From: Rotaria socialis
Taxonomy: Eukaryota
Direction of reading: 5' to 3'
Assembly (NCBI GenBank): GCA_905331295.1
Contig: CAJNYD010000373.1
Location: forward strand, 1-64,000
Length of the DNA: 64,000 nt
This document shows positions 26,801 to 39,163 of this stretch, in pieces (positions within the stretch are counted from its first letter, which is position 1; every line of letters begins with the position of its first letter). The translations under genes and the position numbers were made by a program. Under the pieces are notes generated by a model, which had not been told where the DNA came from, did no database searches, and saw only the letters and a list, made by a program, of their open reading frames with translations.

Positions 26801-28259
26801 AGGTGCAGCAGCTGCAAATGGCAACGGACGAAAACCTTCATCGAAAACTGATGATGACATTCCATTGCGTGAAGAATTACGCCTCAAACCTGGTGAGATC
26901 ATTGAGCCAGTGGGTCCAAGTCTTTTACAAAAAGTAAAATAATCTTAGTTATGAATTTATATAACATATGATTTATTACTGTAGTATATTGCTTATGCAC
27001 GTCGATATGTTAAACCTCGTCTTACACGTCCAGCAATTGATATTCTGAAAAAATTTTATTTTCATTTACGTATTGCTCATCAACGTAATGGAACCACTCC
27101 CATTACTTTACGCCAACTCGAATCATTAATGCGTCTAACTGAAGCAAGTGAATATGACTGTCGATATTCAATTCGTTTAGCTTTTTGATGACACAATAGA
27201 GATATACCTTATAAATGCTTTTACTGATAAATATGTGCTTCGTAAAGTACAAGATAAGTGCACTTCGTCACTTCATAGTCTTGTTTAAATTTGTAAATGT
27301 AATTTTAATGCGTGCCATCCGAAGTTATAGAGTAAAATATTGATCTGTAGAGATCTAAGAATCTAAATTCAAATATTATAAAGGAAACTTTCAGATTTTT
27401 CATTAGTTAAATTATTCGGTGTGTTTTCGATATCCAAAAATAAAACACATGCCATATATTTTAACTAATTACTTATAGATATACTATGTCCATCATTCTA
27501 ACTCCTATATCGATCCGAACAAGTACAATTGCTCACGACTAAAAAGTTGTGCATAAATCTAATATTAAACTGTCGTACATAAAAAATTTGAAATGAGTTT
27601 TCATATTCTTCACTCTCGAATACTAATTGATTTACTGGATCCTAATGTGTGAATATCCCAGATATGTTACAGATGGACAAAAGAAAATTCCCGTTTCGAG
27701 AGTCTACGATTACAATCTAGTGAAAACTGTTTCAATTGCTGCTACGAAAGTATTTTCAATATATTTTTAGGCTCGTGCTAAACTTGAGCTACGTGAAGAA
27801 TGTACAGAATTAGATGCTCTTGATGTTGTACAAATCATGAGAGCTAGTATGCTCGATACATATACAGATGAAAATGGTCAACTTGATTTTTCACGATTAC
27901 AACATGGCTCGGGAATGAGCCGAGCATCTGAAGTTTGTGTTCATTCGATCGTTTTCTTCACTATTAATTAAAACTAACTCTGTTTTTGTATTTAGGTTAA
28001 GAAACTGATGAATGCTATTCGATGTGTTACGGAAAAAAAGAAAAATCCTCACTTTTCATTAGCTGAACTTAAACAAATAGCAATAGTAAGTATTATTTTA
28101 TTAACGACGAGTGGATAGTTGTAGAAACTGATTTTTGTTAATATATAGGATATTAAAATTAATATGGATAGATTCGACGAACTATTAATAAAACTAAACG
28201 ATAATGGATATTTACTGAAAAAAGGTCATAATTTATATCAAATTAGTTTACTTGAATAG
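23844..28259 (+). CDS. MCM8: DNA helicase MCM8, many exons
   Basis: N-terminal YRGWSLYF. Zinc finger CSTC..CPTPGC. Walker [25 protein letters not shown]8-type [18 protein letters not shown], Walker [10 protein letters not shown], arginine finger [22 protein letters not shown], and C-terminal GYLLKKG winged helix. Confidence 0.95.
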
Positions 28260-29982
28260 AAATAATTTATTTTATTTTTAAAACTTTTGTTTATTGTATT
28301 TTGTATATTTGTGTCATTAGTGAAATATAATTATTGTGAGGTTTTTTATTGTACGGTGTTTCTTTTTCATGTATAACATGTTTTATAAAAATAGTAGATA
28401 TAAATACGAAATATTCATTAAAGTAAAGAGAAATGTTCGATTCTTCTATTCATAGCACCACTGCAAACAATCTGAATGCTTCGCAAATAAAAGCTTTCAT
28501 AAATCTGAATTTATTTTATTAACCAGTGACTTTTTTTCTCTATTCAATGTTTCACAGTTCGCATGAAAATATCATACCATGCAGTTTTTCACAGAGAGTA
28601 TAATTTCGCAAGTCAATATTTCGATGTAGGGTAGTGCTTGACGAATAAATATACTTGAGAAATGAAAACCAAGCCGCAAAAAAATATAAGAACATATTTG
28701 ATCATGCTTAGATCCAATCGAATTGTTTCGATGAGACCGATCATAAGAAAAACAAAAAAATAATTTCTTAACTGTTTTCGTGAAAGCATATTGCATTATT
28801 CATTTTCAATGGCTTCCATTATAGACTGAGAAACTGTGTACAAGCAGAAAGATAAATTTGCAGGCTTCGTCTTGGTGTTATATGCGAAAAGGCAATAACA
28901 AGTTAAAAAAACAACATAATATAATTCGAATAATTTTTATTGATCTTAAAATTTTTTGTTTTTTCTCAAGCATTTTCTCTATATTTCAAAGGCGTGGCTT
29001 TAAAAAATTCGAAGAGAAACGTATTTGTAATTCTTTTGAATGTAAATATAAAATCAATAGACATAGTAAATCTGTTCATGGTCACAGAAAATCGAAGCTC
29101 TCTTTGCTGCATAATCAATGACAAAGAAAAACACTCACACCCACCATGGTGCGTTTAGAGGATAAAAAAAGAGCGTGGTAAAAATTATTATGTTAGTAAA
29201 TTGTGCGGTGTAAATGTCAATAATATATATAACTATTGAATAGTAGGTCCTAAAGCTTGGAGTTATACGTGTCTTTTTTCCCCGCCAATAAGGGAAAGCC
29301 AAAATGCTGATTTCAACTTCCAATTGGTGGTATTATTTATTTTATTTTGAAGGGTCTAGTCACTAGACTCTAGTGATTAAACTTTCAAGAAAAAAATCTC
29401 TTCAAATGGCTTACTATTCAGATAATAAAAAAGTGTTTTTCTGACATTTGTCTCGTCATTCTTAAATAGAAAGATTCCATTAGATGACTAATGCGCTGAT
29501 GTAAAAAAGCTCTGCATGCGACCTTGAATTCATGTTTTTACTTGAGGAGTTTTATTTCTCCTTCTTCTTATTTTGCCAATTACACTCGTTACTCTACGTC
29601 AGCATTCTGTTGACGGTTGGTTACCGCACAAACTTTCATATTTGAATAAAAAAATCTTTCTTCATAAACCTCACACTTTTCTACGTTAATCGAGTTCGCT
29701 ATATATCTGATTCCGTAATTTCAATGGGAAAAAATTAAATTTTCATTCATATCAAATATCCTCTTCTCCTATTTGGCATCGAAGAAAAAGAAACTATACC
29801 GCGAACAAATAAATATTAATAGTAACTGATCAAATACACCTAAGAATACTAATAACAGACTGATAAATATTTGATCATATTCTGTTTTTCATTCGTTTGA
29901 ATTTCAGTCGAACAACAAGATTCATTTATTGATTTGAAAGTTGATTAAAGATTAAAATATTAAAAAAAGTTCTTTGAAAATC

Positions 29983-31683
29983 ATGTATCGAGCACAATCT
30001 GCTGTCCATCATGAAACGGGCAGACCATCTTCTGAAGCGAACACATTATCTTCTGGAACGAATAGATTATCCTATGATGTTGATGCTCATGAAAAAGCAA
30101 TTTATCGTCTTCAAGCACAAAATGATCAACAACGAACACAATTTATTATTGATACATTTTCAAAGTTTTTCCAAGCTGGCATTCGTGAAAATCCAACTGC
30201 ATTTCGTGGTCGTTTTCGTAAAATGGCTTCTTCACCGTTTAAATTCTATCGTGGATCAGCAATTTTATTTTATCAAGATTTGAAAACCGATCAAGATCGA
30301 TTTATTGCAAGAAATAAGGCTGCAGGGCAAGTCTTTATTCATGTAAATAATAAATAAATCAAAACAAAACGAAAAAAGAAATCAATAAATACTAAATAAT
30401 TTGCTTTATATTTATTTACAGGGTGATTTACATGCAGAAAATTTTGGTACATATTTAGATAATCATGGTATTCTTAATTTTGATGTAAACGATTTCGATG
30501 AAGGTTATGTTGGTCCGTTTACGTGGGATGTTAAACGTTTATTAGCGTCGCTGAATTTAGTATGCTACGAGAAAGGCTTTTCAGATAAAGAAATCGAACA
30601 TACTCTTATTGTTTGTGTTGAAGAATATTTAAAACAAGTTTATGACTTTTGCCGACATCAAAAAGAACATTTCGCATTAACATTACAAAATACATCTGGC
30701 AAAATTAAAACACTATTAAATGAAACTCGCATTAAATCTCATGTTGCACATTTGGACTCCATGACATCGATCGAAAATTATGATCGAAAATTTATTCGAT
30801 CTAAAGAAATGAAAGATATTGATGTTAATTTACGTGACGATTTAATGCGTGCTTTTAGAAAATATTTAGAGACAGTGCCCGAATCGAAAAAAACCGCTCG
30901 TAAAAGTGAAAACAATCAATTCACATATAGAGTCAAAGATATTGTAGCACGTTCATCGCCTGGTATTGGATCAGCTGGGAAAACGTCGTATTCATTTCTC
31001 ATCGAAGGACGATCGGAAACACTTGAAAACGATGTCATACTTTATATGAAACCAGCACAGAAATCTGCTGTTTCCTATGTTGTACGAAATCCAACTATAG
31101 AAGAATATTTTAAACATGACGGTTTACGAACAGTTTTATGCTCGTATGCAATGCAAGCATCTACACCTAAATGGTTAGGTTATACAACATTAGGTACAGT
31201 GCCATGTTTAGTTGATGAAGCTACAGCACATTCAGAAGATCTCGATTGGTCTGAGATTCAGGAATTTAAAGATGTTGTTGAAGTTGTTCAATATCTTGGA
31301 CGAGCTACGGGTAAAAACCTATCACTTATTTCGTTTTAATTTCGCAAAATAAAGTTTATATTCTTTTTCCTTTTTTTTAAGCAAAAATTCATTGTGTAGC
31401 TGATGCGGATTGTGTAAATAGACCGAAAGATGTATCAAACTTACCATTTTCAATTATACCATTACACACTGAAAAAACTATACGTGATGCTGTTGCAGGA
31501 CGTGATGATGACTTTATTCAAGATATGGTAGAATTTGGCATGGTAAGAACGTTAGCTATCGGGTTTTTTTCGTTGCAAAGAAATCATCCAAAATTTTAAT
31601 TTTAGGTTTATGGTGAACAAGTACGACGTGATCATCATCTATTTTTTGAAGCATTTCGTAATAATCGAATTCCCGGCCTCTAA
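29983..31683 (+). CDS. DUF2252-family kinase-like protein of probable bacterial origin, 4 exons (29983-30342, 30422-31310, 31382-31542, 31607-31683)
   Basis: Motifs RFRKMASSPFKFYRGSA, H|GDLHAENFG, FDVNDFDEG..GPFTWDVKRLLASL and GIGSAG are characteristic of DUF2252. Three in-frame GT-AG introns. Confidence 0.88.
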
Positions 31684-32227
31684 CAAAAAATGATGTGACC
31701 TTTTAAAACTTTTTATAGCTGTTTGAAATATATTATTATATAGATCGTTTTAATTTTTTAATACTAATTAAAATGAAATAGCTCGTTCGTTTTGTAATTA
31801 GCAATATTGAGCAAAACAGAGAATATTATACGAAGGAGAATTTGATGAGATTTTGCTTAACCAACTAATCTTTGTGACATAAAAATTCTATTCATCTACA
31901 GAAGTTTTGCTTATCATAAAACCAACTACAAAAAAGTAAATATTATCATGAAAACAGGTTTGACTTTCTCTATGTAAGAGAGACCGTAGTTTTACATCAA
32001 ATAATTGAATGATATGTAATATAACGTCACTATTTGAGTCGTTTCTAGCTAATGACGTACATTATTAAGGTCCTCATTAAATTTATACAACGCATCAGAC
32101 TCTCGAAAATAATCATTAAGCTGTTTTGTTTGCATCATTTTCACTATTACTTGTTGCTCTGCTCGATTAGACTATGGAAATGCTTAAGCTACATCCGCTT
32201 AAGCATATTCAACTCAAGGTTAATACA

Positions 32228-32347
32228 AATAAATGAGGAAACATCGGATTCGCATCCGATTGTTATGTCTACTGCAAAAACTGAGTCAATTTATAGATGT
32301 TGTGAATAATTCTAAGAAAAAAATCCCTGTGGCGGGGGGGGGGGCGG

Positions 32348-32420
<73 letters not shown>

Positions 32421-32631
32421 NCTGGCCAATACTGAGAATTTTTTCGATAACTGAGCCATTTCTTGACGGATCCTTCTCATCTTCGAACTCAACTGAAATA
32501 TTAATGAGATCATTATGTGTACAAAATTTCATGACAATTGGGTGAGACTTTCAAAGGTTATCGTGTTAACGACCGGACGGACACACTGACCGAATCTAGA
32601 GTGTACTCACTTTTTTTGAGTACACAGCAAA
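32228..32631 (-). mobile_element. Helentron/DINE-1-like element, copy 2 (inverted, internally deleted, contains assembly gap)
   Basis: Reverse complement aligns by eye to copy 1: hairpin 32601-32625, GTGTCCGTCCG, CACGATAAC, GAGTTCGAAGATGAGAAG.ATCC.TCAAGAAATGG, and 3' GCAGTAGACATAAC with stem-loop ATCGGAT-gcga-ATCCGAT (32243-32260). Confidence 0.8.
32331..32421. repeat. Poly-G run ending in N (assembly join)
   Basis: About 90 nt of nearly pure G adjoining an N. Confidence 0.85.
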
Positions 32632-34374
32632 GTTTTTACCGAGACTACTCTTCGAGTAAGCAATTTGGTTATATATTTCTAGAGTGATTTTTATTGAACT
32701 AATCAATTTTGACTTGAATAGGTCACGTTCGACGCTCTATGGGTCTGAGTACATTATTTCATTTAGGTATTGATTTATACGAAGCTTATGATGATGGTGT
32801 ATTCGATAACTTTTTTCTCAATGATATGATGGTTTCTTCGATTAAAATTCAGGATTTCCAACGCTACCGTCTCTATATAGTAAAACTACTACTTACACTA
32901 GTTGTCGTCTATTTTAGTCTGTTGAATATTCACTTATTTTCATTTGAAAAACCTCATTATAATATTATTCACCATTTAATAAAACGAAAAATCAACGGAC
33001 TTCTCCATTTAATATTCTATCAATTGAACTATAAATCTAATAAATAAATTTTTTATATATCGCTTTTATGTAGAGAGTCATATAAGCTAGAAAAAAATGC
33101 AAGATATTCAATAAGTTAAAAAGCTTTTCTTTTGTAACGATCAACAAATGAATTTTGGATTTTTTTCCTATGAATATTTCATGTTCACCTGTATGAATCA
33201 GATTTTGAAAGATGCATTAATATTTCTTTTATCGCATTCAGTTATATTGAATGCACAATAATAAAAGAATAATTGTTGCTCTTTATTCATTAGCGAATGT
33301 CCTAATTGATGATAACTTGAGTAGAAAACAAGGAAATCTATGATGCCACGAGAAAGACTACTTTGACTTGCTTGAACCAATCTCGGGAACGTTTCTAATA
33401 TTCAGACAGCGCAAGAAACACTGCCATATATGGTGTAAATTTTTCTTCATTATAATCAACAATATTCAATGTTATCGCTTGTGACCGCATATAATGAAGA
33501 ATGACACATAGGAAATTATATTTTTTGAAGATGTTTTCATGTGTAATTTTTTGGTAACAAATTCAAAGAACAAGATTATTTTTAGTACAAAGCAAAAAAT
33601 AACTCTTCTGTTTTCATCGTGCAGAAAAGTGTGTTCTACTCGTTTGAATCATATTTTTCTCAAGAAAAAATAAACACAAGGAAAATATGTGATGTGATTA
33701 TATAATTTAGCACGATGTGAAACCTTGCATTATAAGACTAACAGCGAAGCACGACTTCCTGTCTCTTTAATGTTAATCCAATCGAAAGGGAATTTTTCGA
33801 TTTCGATTTCCGTTTTCATAAGACTTTCCAAAATCTTATTACTATTTCATATGTTATGCTTGAGAAAAATATCACTACCAAGTACTAGTTTCTTATGTGA
33901 CCACATTTTGTGTTCTTTGACACGCATTGAAGTAAAAGAAGAAATTAATTTACCATAAGAACTATTGTTGATTAATTACCTAAGACTAATAACATTTTAG
34001 ATGAATACATTTATTGATATTCCCGAAGATAAGACGATAAATCTTCAAGGTTATTATTCACATATTTCTCGTAGGGTACTACTTTCTATGCTATTTTTCT
34101 AGGCCTAAATTCTTCTCAACACTTTAGTTAACATTTATAATTCATACATCACTCATATTGCCAACAATACTGACCTGTTCTTTTCTTCCTTTGCTTCAAA
34201 TTGTCGTCTAACACTATCAGGAGGAAAAAAGGGAAAATATTTTTTCTATTCTTCCTCACGTAATTTTCTCTCTCTCTCTATGCCTTTCGTTCTTACTGGC
34301 ATCTTTATTTCTTTCAGAACTTACTTTTATATCTGGTGGCAACAAGCGAAACTAAACAAAAAGAGAACTAACAA

Positions 34375-34763
34375 ATGTTGTCTTCAACGGACTCCTTTAT
34401 TGTTACTCCAACTGATCAAGTTAGTGTAACTGTGGTTCGAAAATCGGATGGCCATTCAATAACTTTCGTATTGGACGAAAAAACTCATGTACATGATTTA
34501 AAAAAGGAGTTAAGAATAAGATTAAAACCTAAATTTGAACAAGGATGTCGTCTTATTTTCCGTGACAAAGTGCTCAAAGGCAAACATTCACTTAGACACT
34601 ATGGCATTAAGAAAGGCGTCAATGATCAAGCAATATCCAGTATGTTTAAATTTTTTTATTCTTATTTATATTAAATTTGACCTATTTTTATTCTATTTTA
34701 GTGGATGATACGAAAGATTGGAAATCATCATCATCATCATCAGATTCAGAACAAGAAAAATGA
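34375..34763 (+). CDS. Small ubiquitin-like domain protein, 2 exons
   Basis: Beta-grasp pattern VSVTVVRKSDGHSITFVLDEKTHVHDLKKEL..RLIFRDKVLKGKHSLRHYGIK. Short second exon DDTKDWKSSSSSSDSEQEK*. No C-terminal Gly-Gly. Confidence 0.8.
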
Positions 34764-37700
34764 ACTTATTATTTTGAAATTCAAATGAACATTCTTATTC
34801 AAGCTAGATTTGTGCAAAATAAATATATATATACATATATGTAAAGATTTCTCGTAGTTAGAATAAAATAAAATGCCAAATCAATTTGTCTCTCTCTCTC
34901 TCTCTCTCTCTTGCTATGTATATATATATATATATATATTAATTATGTAAATAGAAAAGAGTTTTATATGATTCATGACCAATTAATTATTAATTTCGGA
35001 AGTACTACCAGTCTAAACAAATTTTTTTTTCGAATATTTAATGATAACAAAAAAAATGATTGATTGATTATTATGAAAATATACTTAGAGAATATAACAG
35101 AAAACAAGCAACCATTTCATCTATGATTGCTTTGCATGATGCATGATTCGTTCTGTTATTATCCAAATACGGTTTAAGAGAAATGAAAGGCGAAGCGGTT
35201 CTATTGCTGATATTAGAAAATAAACACCATTAATAGCGATTCTAGTTTATGTTTATTGATAGAGATAGAGCTCAAACATGAACATTTTTTATTGCTAATT
35301 TCAAAGCCTTCTATTTTTTTCCAACTTTTAAATCCTAATAAAACTCATCTTTGTAGAAGGCACTGCATGCTGCCACATAGAATATAAATCGATGGTTTCG
35401 CATTTGATCGCATTGTTACTAGATTCGCTCAATCTTAAAGAGAGAAAATGCTCTCTCACAAATAATATTTATCAAATCAAGTCACCGAGAATTTCGCTTC
35501 ACATTTCCAATAATAGTGTTTTCCTACTGTAAATAGCACGAATAAATAAATAAATAATAGTGTAAAGCACTATGACCTCACTGTTGAGTCATAGTAACAC
35601 AATTAGTTTTTTCCCCGTATGCAATAGTATTTATACGACATAGAGTAATATTTGAGGATGAAATTCTAATTTCTTTGTTTCTTATTTGATCTTTCTGATA
35701 GGAATTCAAACTATGAGTACAAAAATGTCTTATAATGGCGCGACAATTTCAATAAAAGGGATTTATTTTCACTCAGCTTTGTTTTACTAATCACTAGGAT
35801 TAAAATCTGCACATTGAGCATAATAAAATATTTTCTACTGCAATACTCAATCAATTCCTTATACTACTTTAACGTTAGCAGTATTATATTATTGTATATA
35901 GTGATGTTTACTTTTGAGTTGAGAATTAATATAGAGACGAAAGAAACGACGATCATCATTTGTTCCCGTTTGCTCGAAACTCCGAGTAATGATACTCATT
36001 TTATGGAGCAACAGTAGTTCACCCGTATGGATTTCGCCAATTGTACTTTCGTCATCGACAAAAATCATTTGGATATCCGACAAGTTCATGAGTACTCAAT
36101 AACCGTTGTCCCATATTGACATGATCCAGTACATGCCTTTAGCACTAGGAAACTTTTCGGGTCATAGACTGCTAATATTGGCGAATTTCTGCTTCACTTG
36201 CGTTCATATACTCCTCTGGACGTTCGTCATTTGTTATGGAATTGCTGGCTTGATATTTTATCTTATAATAAGCAACGGAAATCAGCCTCTCTCTTAATAT
36301 CCTCTTCATAGTTATCCATCATGATGTATCACTCACGCGACAGCATTGATATTCATTTTTTTATTTGTATCTATTTTGTAATTATATATATTTGAAAATT
36401 ACACTACTTATATATTATTATCCAAGAATGCAATCATAATATAGATAAATATCGCAGTAAAATTGACATTCTGCGCTGGTTTTTTACTATTCGGTACTCA
36501 ATCTGAAAAGTTGTGCGCAAAACGTGTGCATAAGCGGACTAGAGTCAGATCATTTTTCATCATTATGCACAATCGTATCCAGTCATAAGAATTTATCAAA
36601 AATTCAATAGGATGAAAACTGAATCCACATTATATATGACAGCAAAAATTTTCAGCTAACATGCAAAATCGTTTTATTACTTCATCGGTTGTATTTTACG
36701 TTATTATTTTTCTGCTTGAGAATATTTTTCTCGGATATTAATGAATACTTCATTAAAATACAATACTATTTCTAGTAAATTAATCGTGAATACTTATAGG
36801 AAACATTGACATCTGAGCGTTCTACTGGCAAAAGTTACTAAGAACGCTAGTGAATCCGTGAAGAGTTAATTATCTCTATCTTCACGCAATTGTTTATTAA
36901 AAAAATGTCGCGCATCCGAAAAGGATTTATACAATATTTGATGAAACATTTATTACGTTAATGAAACCTTGTTTATGTTTTAATATCCTGCTTTTTTTAC
37001 TCTATAGTCTATGCAGCGATCTTACTAATCATTGAGAGAGTGAACGTTATTGAAGACTTTTTTTATAGTTTCAATAGGTTTTTAATGTTTAAGCATATGC
37101 AGAGTAGTTTATATTGAAACGCATGCCTTCAAATTAGCATTCTAATATTAAGTCAATTTTAATTCTAATTTTCCTTGAAAACTTCATAGCAATTAAATTA
37201 ATAGTATAATTATCTTAAGATCTTTTCTTTATTAAAAGAACTTTTCACAGTTTCAACCATGATTAGCTTAGCGAGAAGTATTTTTCTTTTGATTTTCAAC
37301 TTTAAACGATTGTGTGGTGGTTTGTTGCATGTCAGCTTTATCAAGAATTCGTGCCTTTTGAATATCGGTGTCGTCAACTTCAGGTTTGTTTGCTTGTAGC
37401 AATGCAGCTGATCCTTCTGGACTATCTAAGCCATGTTGCTGATTCAAACCGTCATTTATATAAGCTTTCATTTGAAATTCGGATGTTTGCATTATGAGAA
37501 TAATTGTTGATGATATTTGCCGAATTGAAAATTGGCGCTCAACCACTTTCATTAGAATTTATTTTATCTTTTTAATTAGACTAAAAAAATATCACCAACA
37601 TCACGAAGATATTTTTTCCGAATGAGAAATCTTGAGATGATTTCGATGTTTTATAGCTTTAAGTTAATACACGTATTATCAAGAAGAAAAGGTATTAAAT

Positions 37701-38476
37701 TGAATTGTAAGTGCGTACTCGAACTATCATTGAATAAGTGTCACAGAGTTCTTTTTTTTTTATAGAATACGTAAAAAAAAATAAAATATTCACAGCACGA
37801 GAATGCGTGCGATCTAAAATATTCTACGTTATAAATTGGTTGAAGTTATCGAGTGTAGTATGAAAGAAAAAAAGAAAAAAATTAACTAATATGTAATGTT
37901 CGATTTATGTTAGCACATCTGCTGCCACTTTCTGAGACCAAAAGGGATCAGTCACATTTTTCTAATAGCTTTTGTAGCTTCTTATTGTCTGCAACATAGT
38001 AAAAATAATATTAGAAAAAGCTTCTCTTCAAATTCATTTGAGAGTTGCACTGCGAGTAAACATATAAATGACGTATGAACTTGGGCATGGTAATCACAAA
38101 AACAGCTCTGTTGGAAAATAGAAAAAAAATTCGATAATATGATCCGTGAAAAAGTCATACGAGCTGTGGGAAAATAATGCTTTTGTTAAAAGAAAGACTA
38201 ATAATTATCTGGATCAATGACGCCCGAGGCCTTGATTACAATCATATAAACAAAGTTCGTCGTTCATTGTAATTTAGTGGTGCAGCTTTGATCTCTTCAG
38301 GTCATACACTTGATATGCATACTCGAATTTACCGTCCGAACGATATTCTTCAGAACACTGTAGTACAATTAGTAATGCACTTATATTACATGGTTGTAAT
38401 CAGTAATTTGAGCTTCTCTCGAACTATCTGAGATGTTTTTCAGATGAAAATTTTTAAGAATGATGATCACTGAAAA

Positions 38477-39069
38477 CAGTGACGGATCCAGAAATTTTTA
38501 GAGGGCGCGGCGCTTTCTAAATTATATAGTACGACGCAGAGAAATGTTTTTCGAAAATATATAAATCAAAGTACTACAGTTTTCTTTCCATTGCTTATTT
38601 AATTTTTCCGCAATATATCTATAATTTCATGGAACAAACAACTCGACGACTGAACTTAGCGAATTCATCGATGCAAATTAGTTATAATTAACCAGATTTT
38701 CTAATTACTTATTGTCATGATTTTTTGTGGAACTTTTATTGTTAAACAAAAACAGTTTTCGAACGTTTGCACACCAACATCTTGTGGTTTATTTTCTTAT
38801 TGAAAGGTATGATTTGGTGAATACAAGAATCACAGAAACATTTCGGGTAGCACTTTAAAAAAGACAGAAATGAAGCTGAAAACGAACAAACGCTATTTAT
38901 ACTTTTTGATTTACTACTTACGTAATATTCAAGATGATGACAATCAATTATAGTTTTCCGATTCCCTTCGGTTATTCATTTTATTTTCGACCTTCCAATA
39001 ATATGTAAGCCTTTAAAAATATTTCGTTGTCCCGTCTATTCTCAGGAGGGGGGGGGGAGGGTGGGGAGN

Positions 39070-39122
<53 letters not shown>

Positions 39123-39163
39123 GCGGCGAGCGCCGGGTAGCAGAACTGGTAGATCCGCCAGTG
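38477..39163. mobile_element. hAT-superfamily non-autonomous element (~690 bp, contains gap)
   Basis: Imperfect TIRs CAGTGACGGATCCA and CACTGGCGGATCTA (11/14). Perfect 8-bp TSD ACTGAAAA at 38469-38476 and 39164-39171. G-run, N, C-run near the right end. Confidence 0.85.

Noticed and set aside
29354..29377. Palindrome GTCTAGT-C-ACTAGAC upstream of DUF2252
   Set aside because: Short and single, with no associated element ends identified.
32180..32206. Perfect hairpin ATGCTTAAGC-7 nt-GCTTAAGCAT as the element's 3' stem-loop
   Set aside because: The true homologous stem-loop is at 32243-32260. This one is built from a self-palindromic 8-mer and has no counterpart in copy 1.
32233..32532. Poly-Gly and poly-Pro ORFs (formin or collagen-like appearance)
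   Set aside because: They are translations of a G homopolymer at an N join inside a non-coding mobile element.
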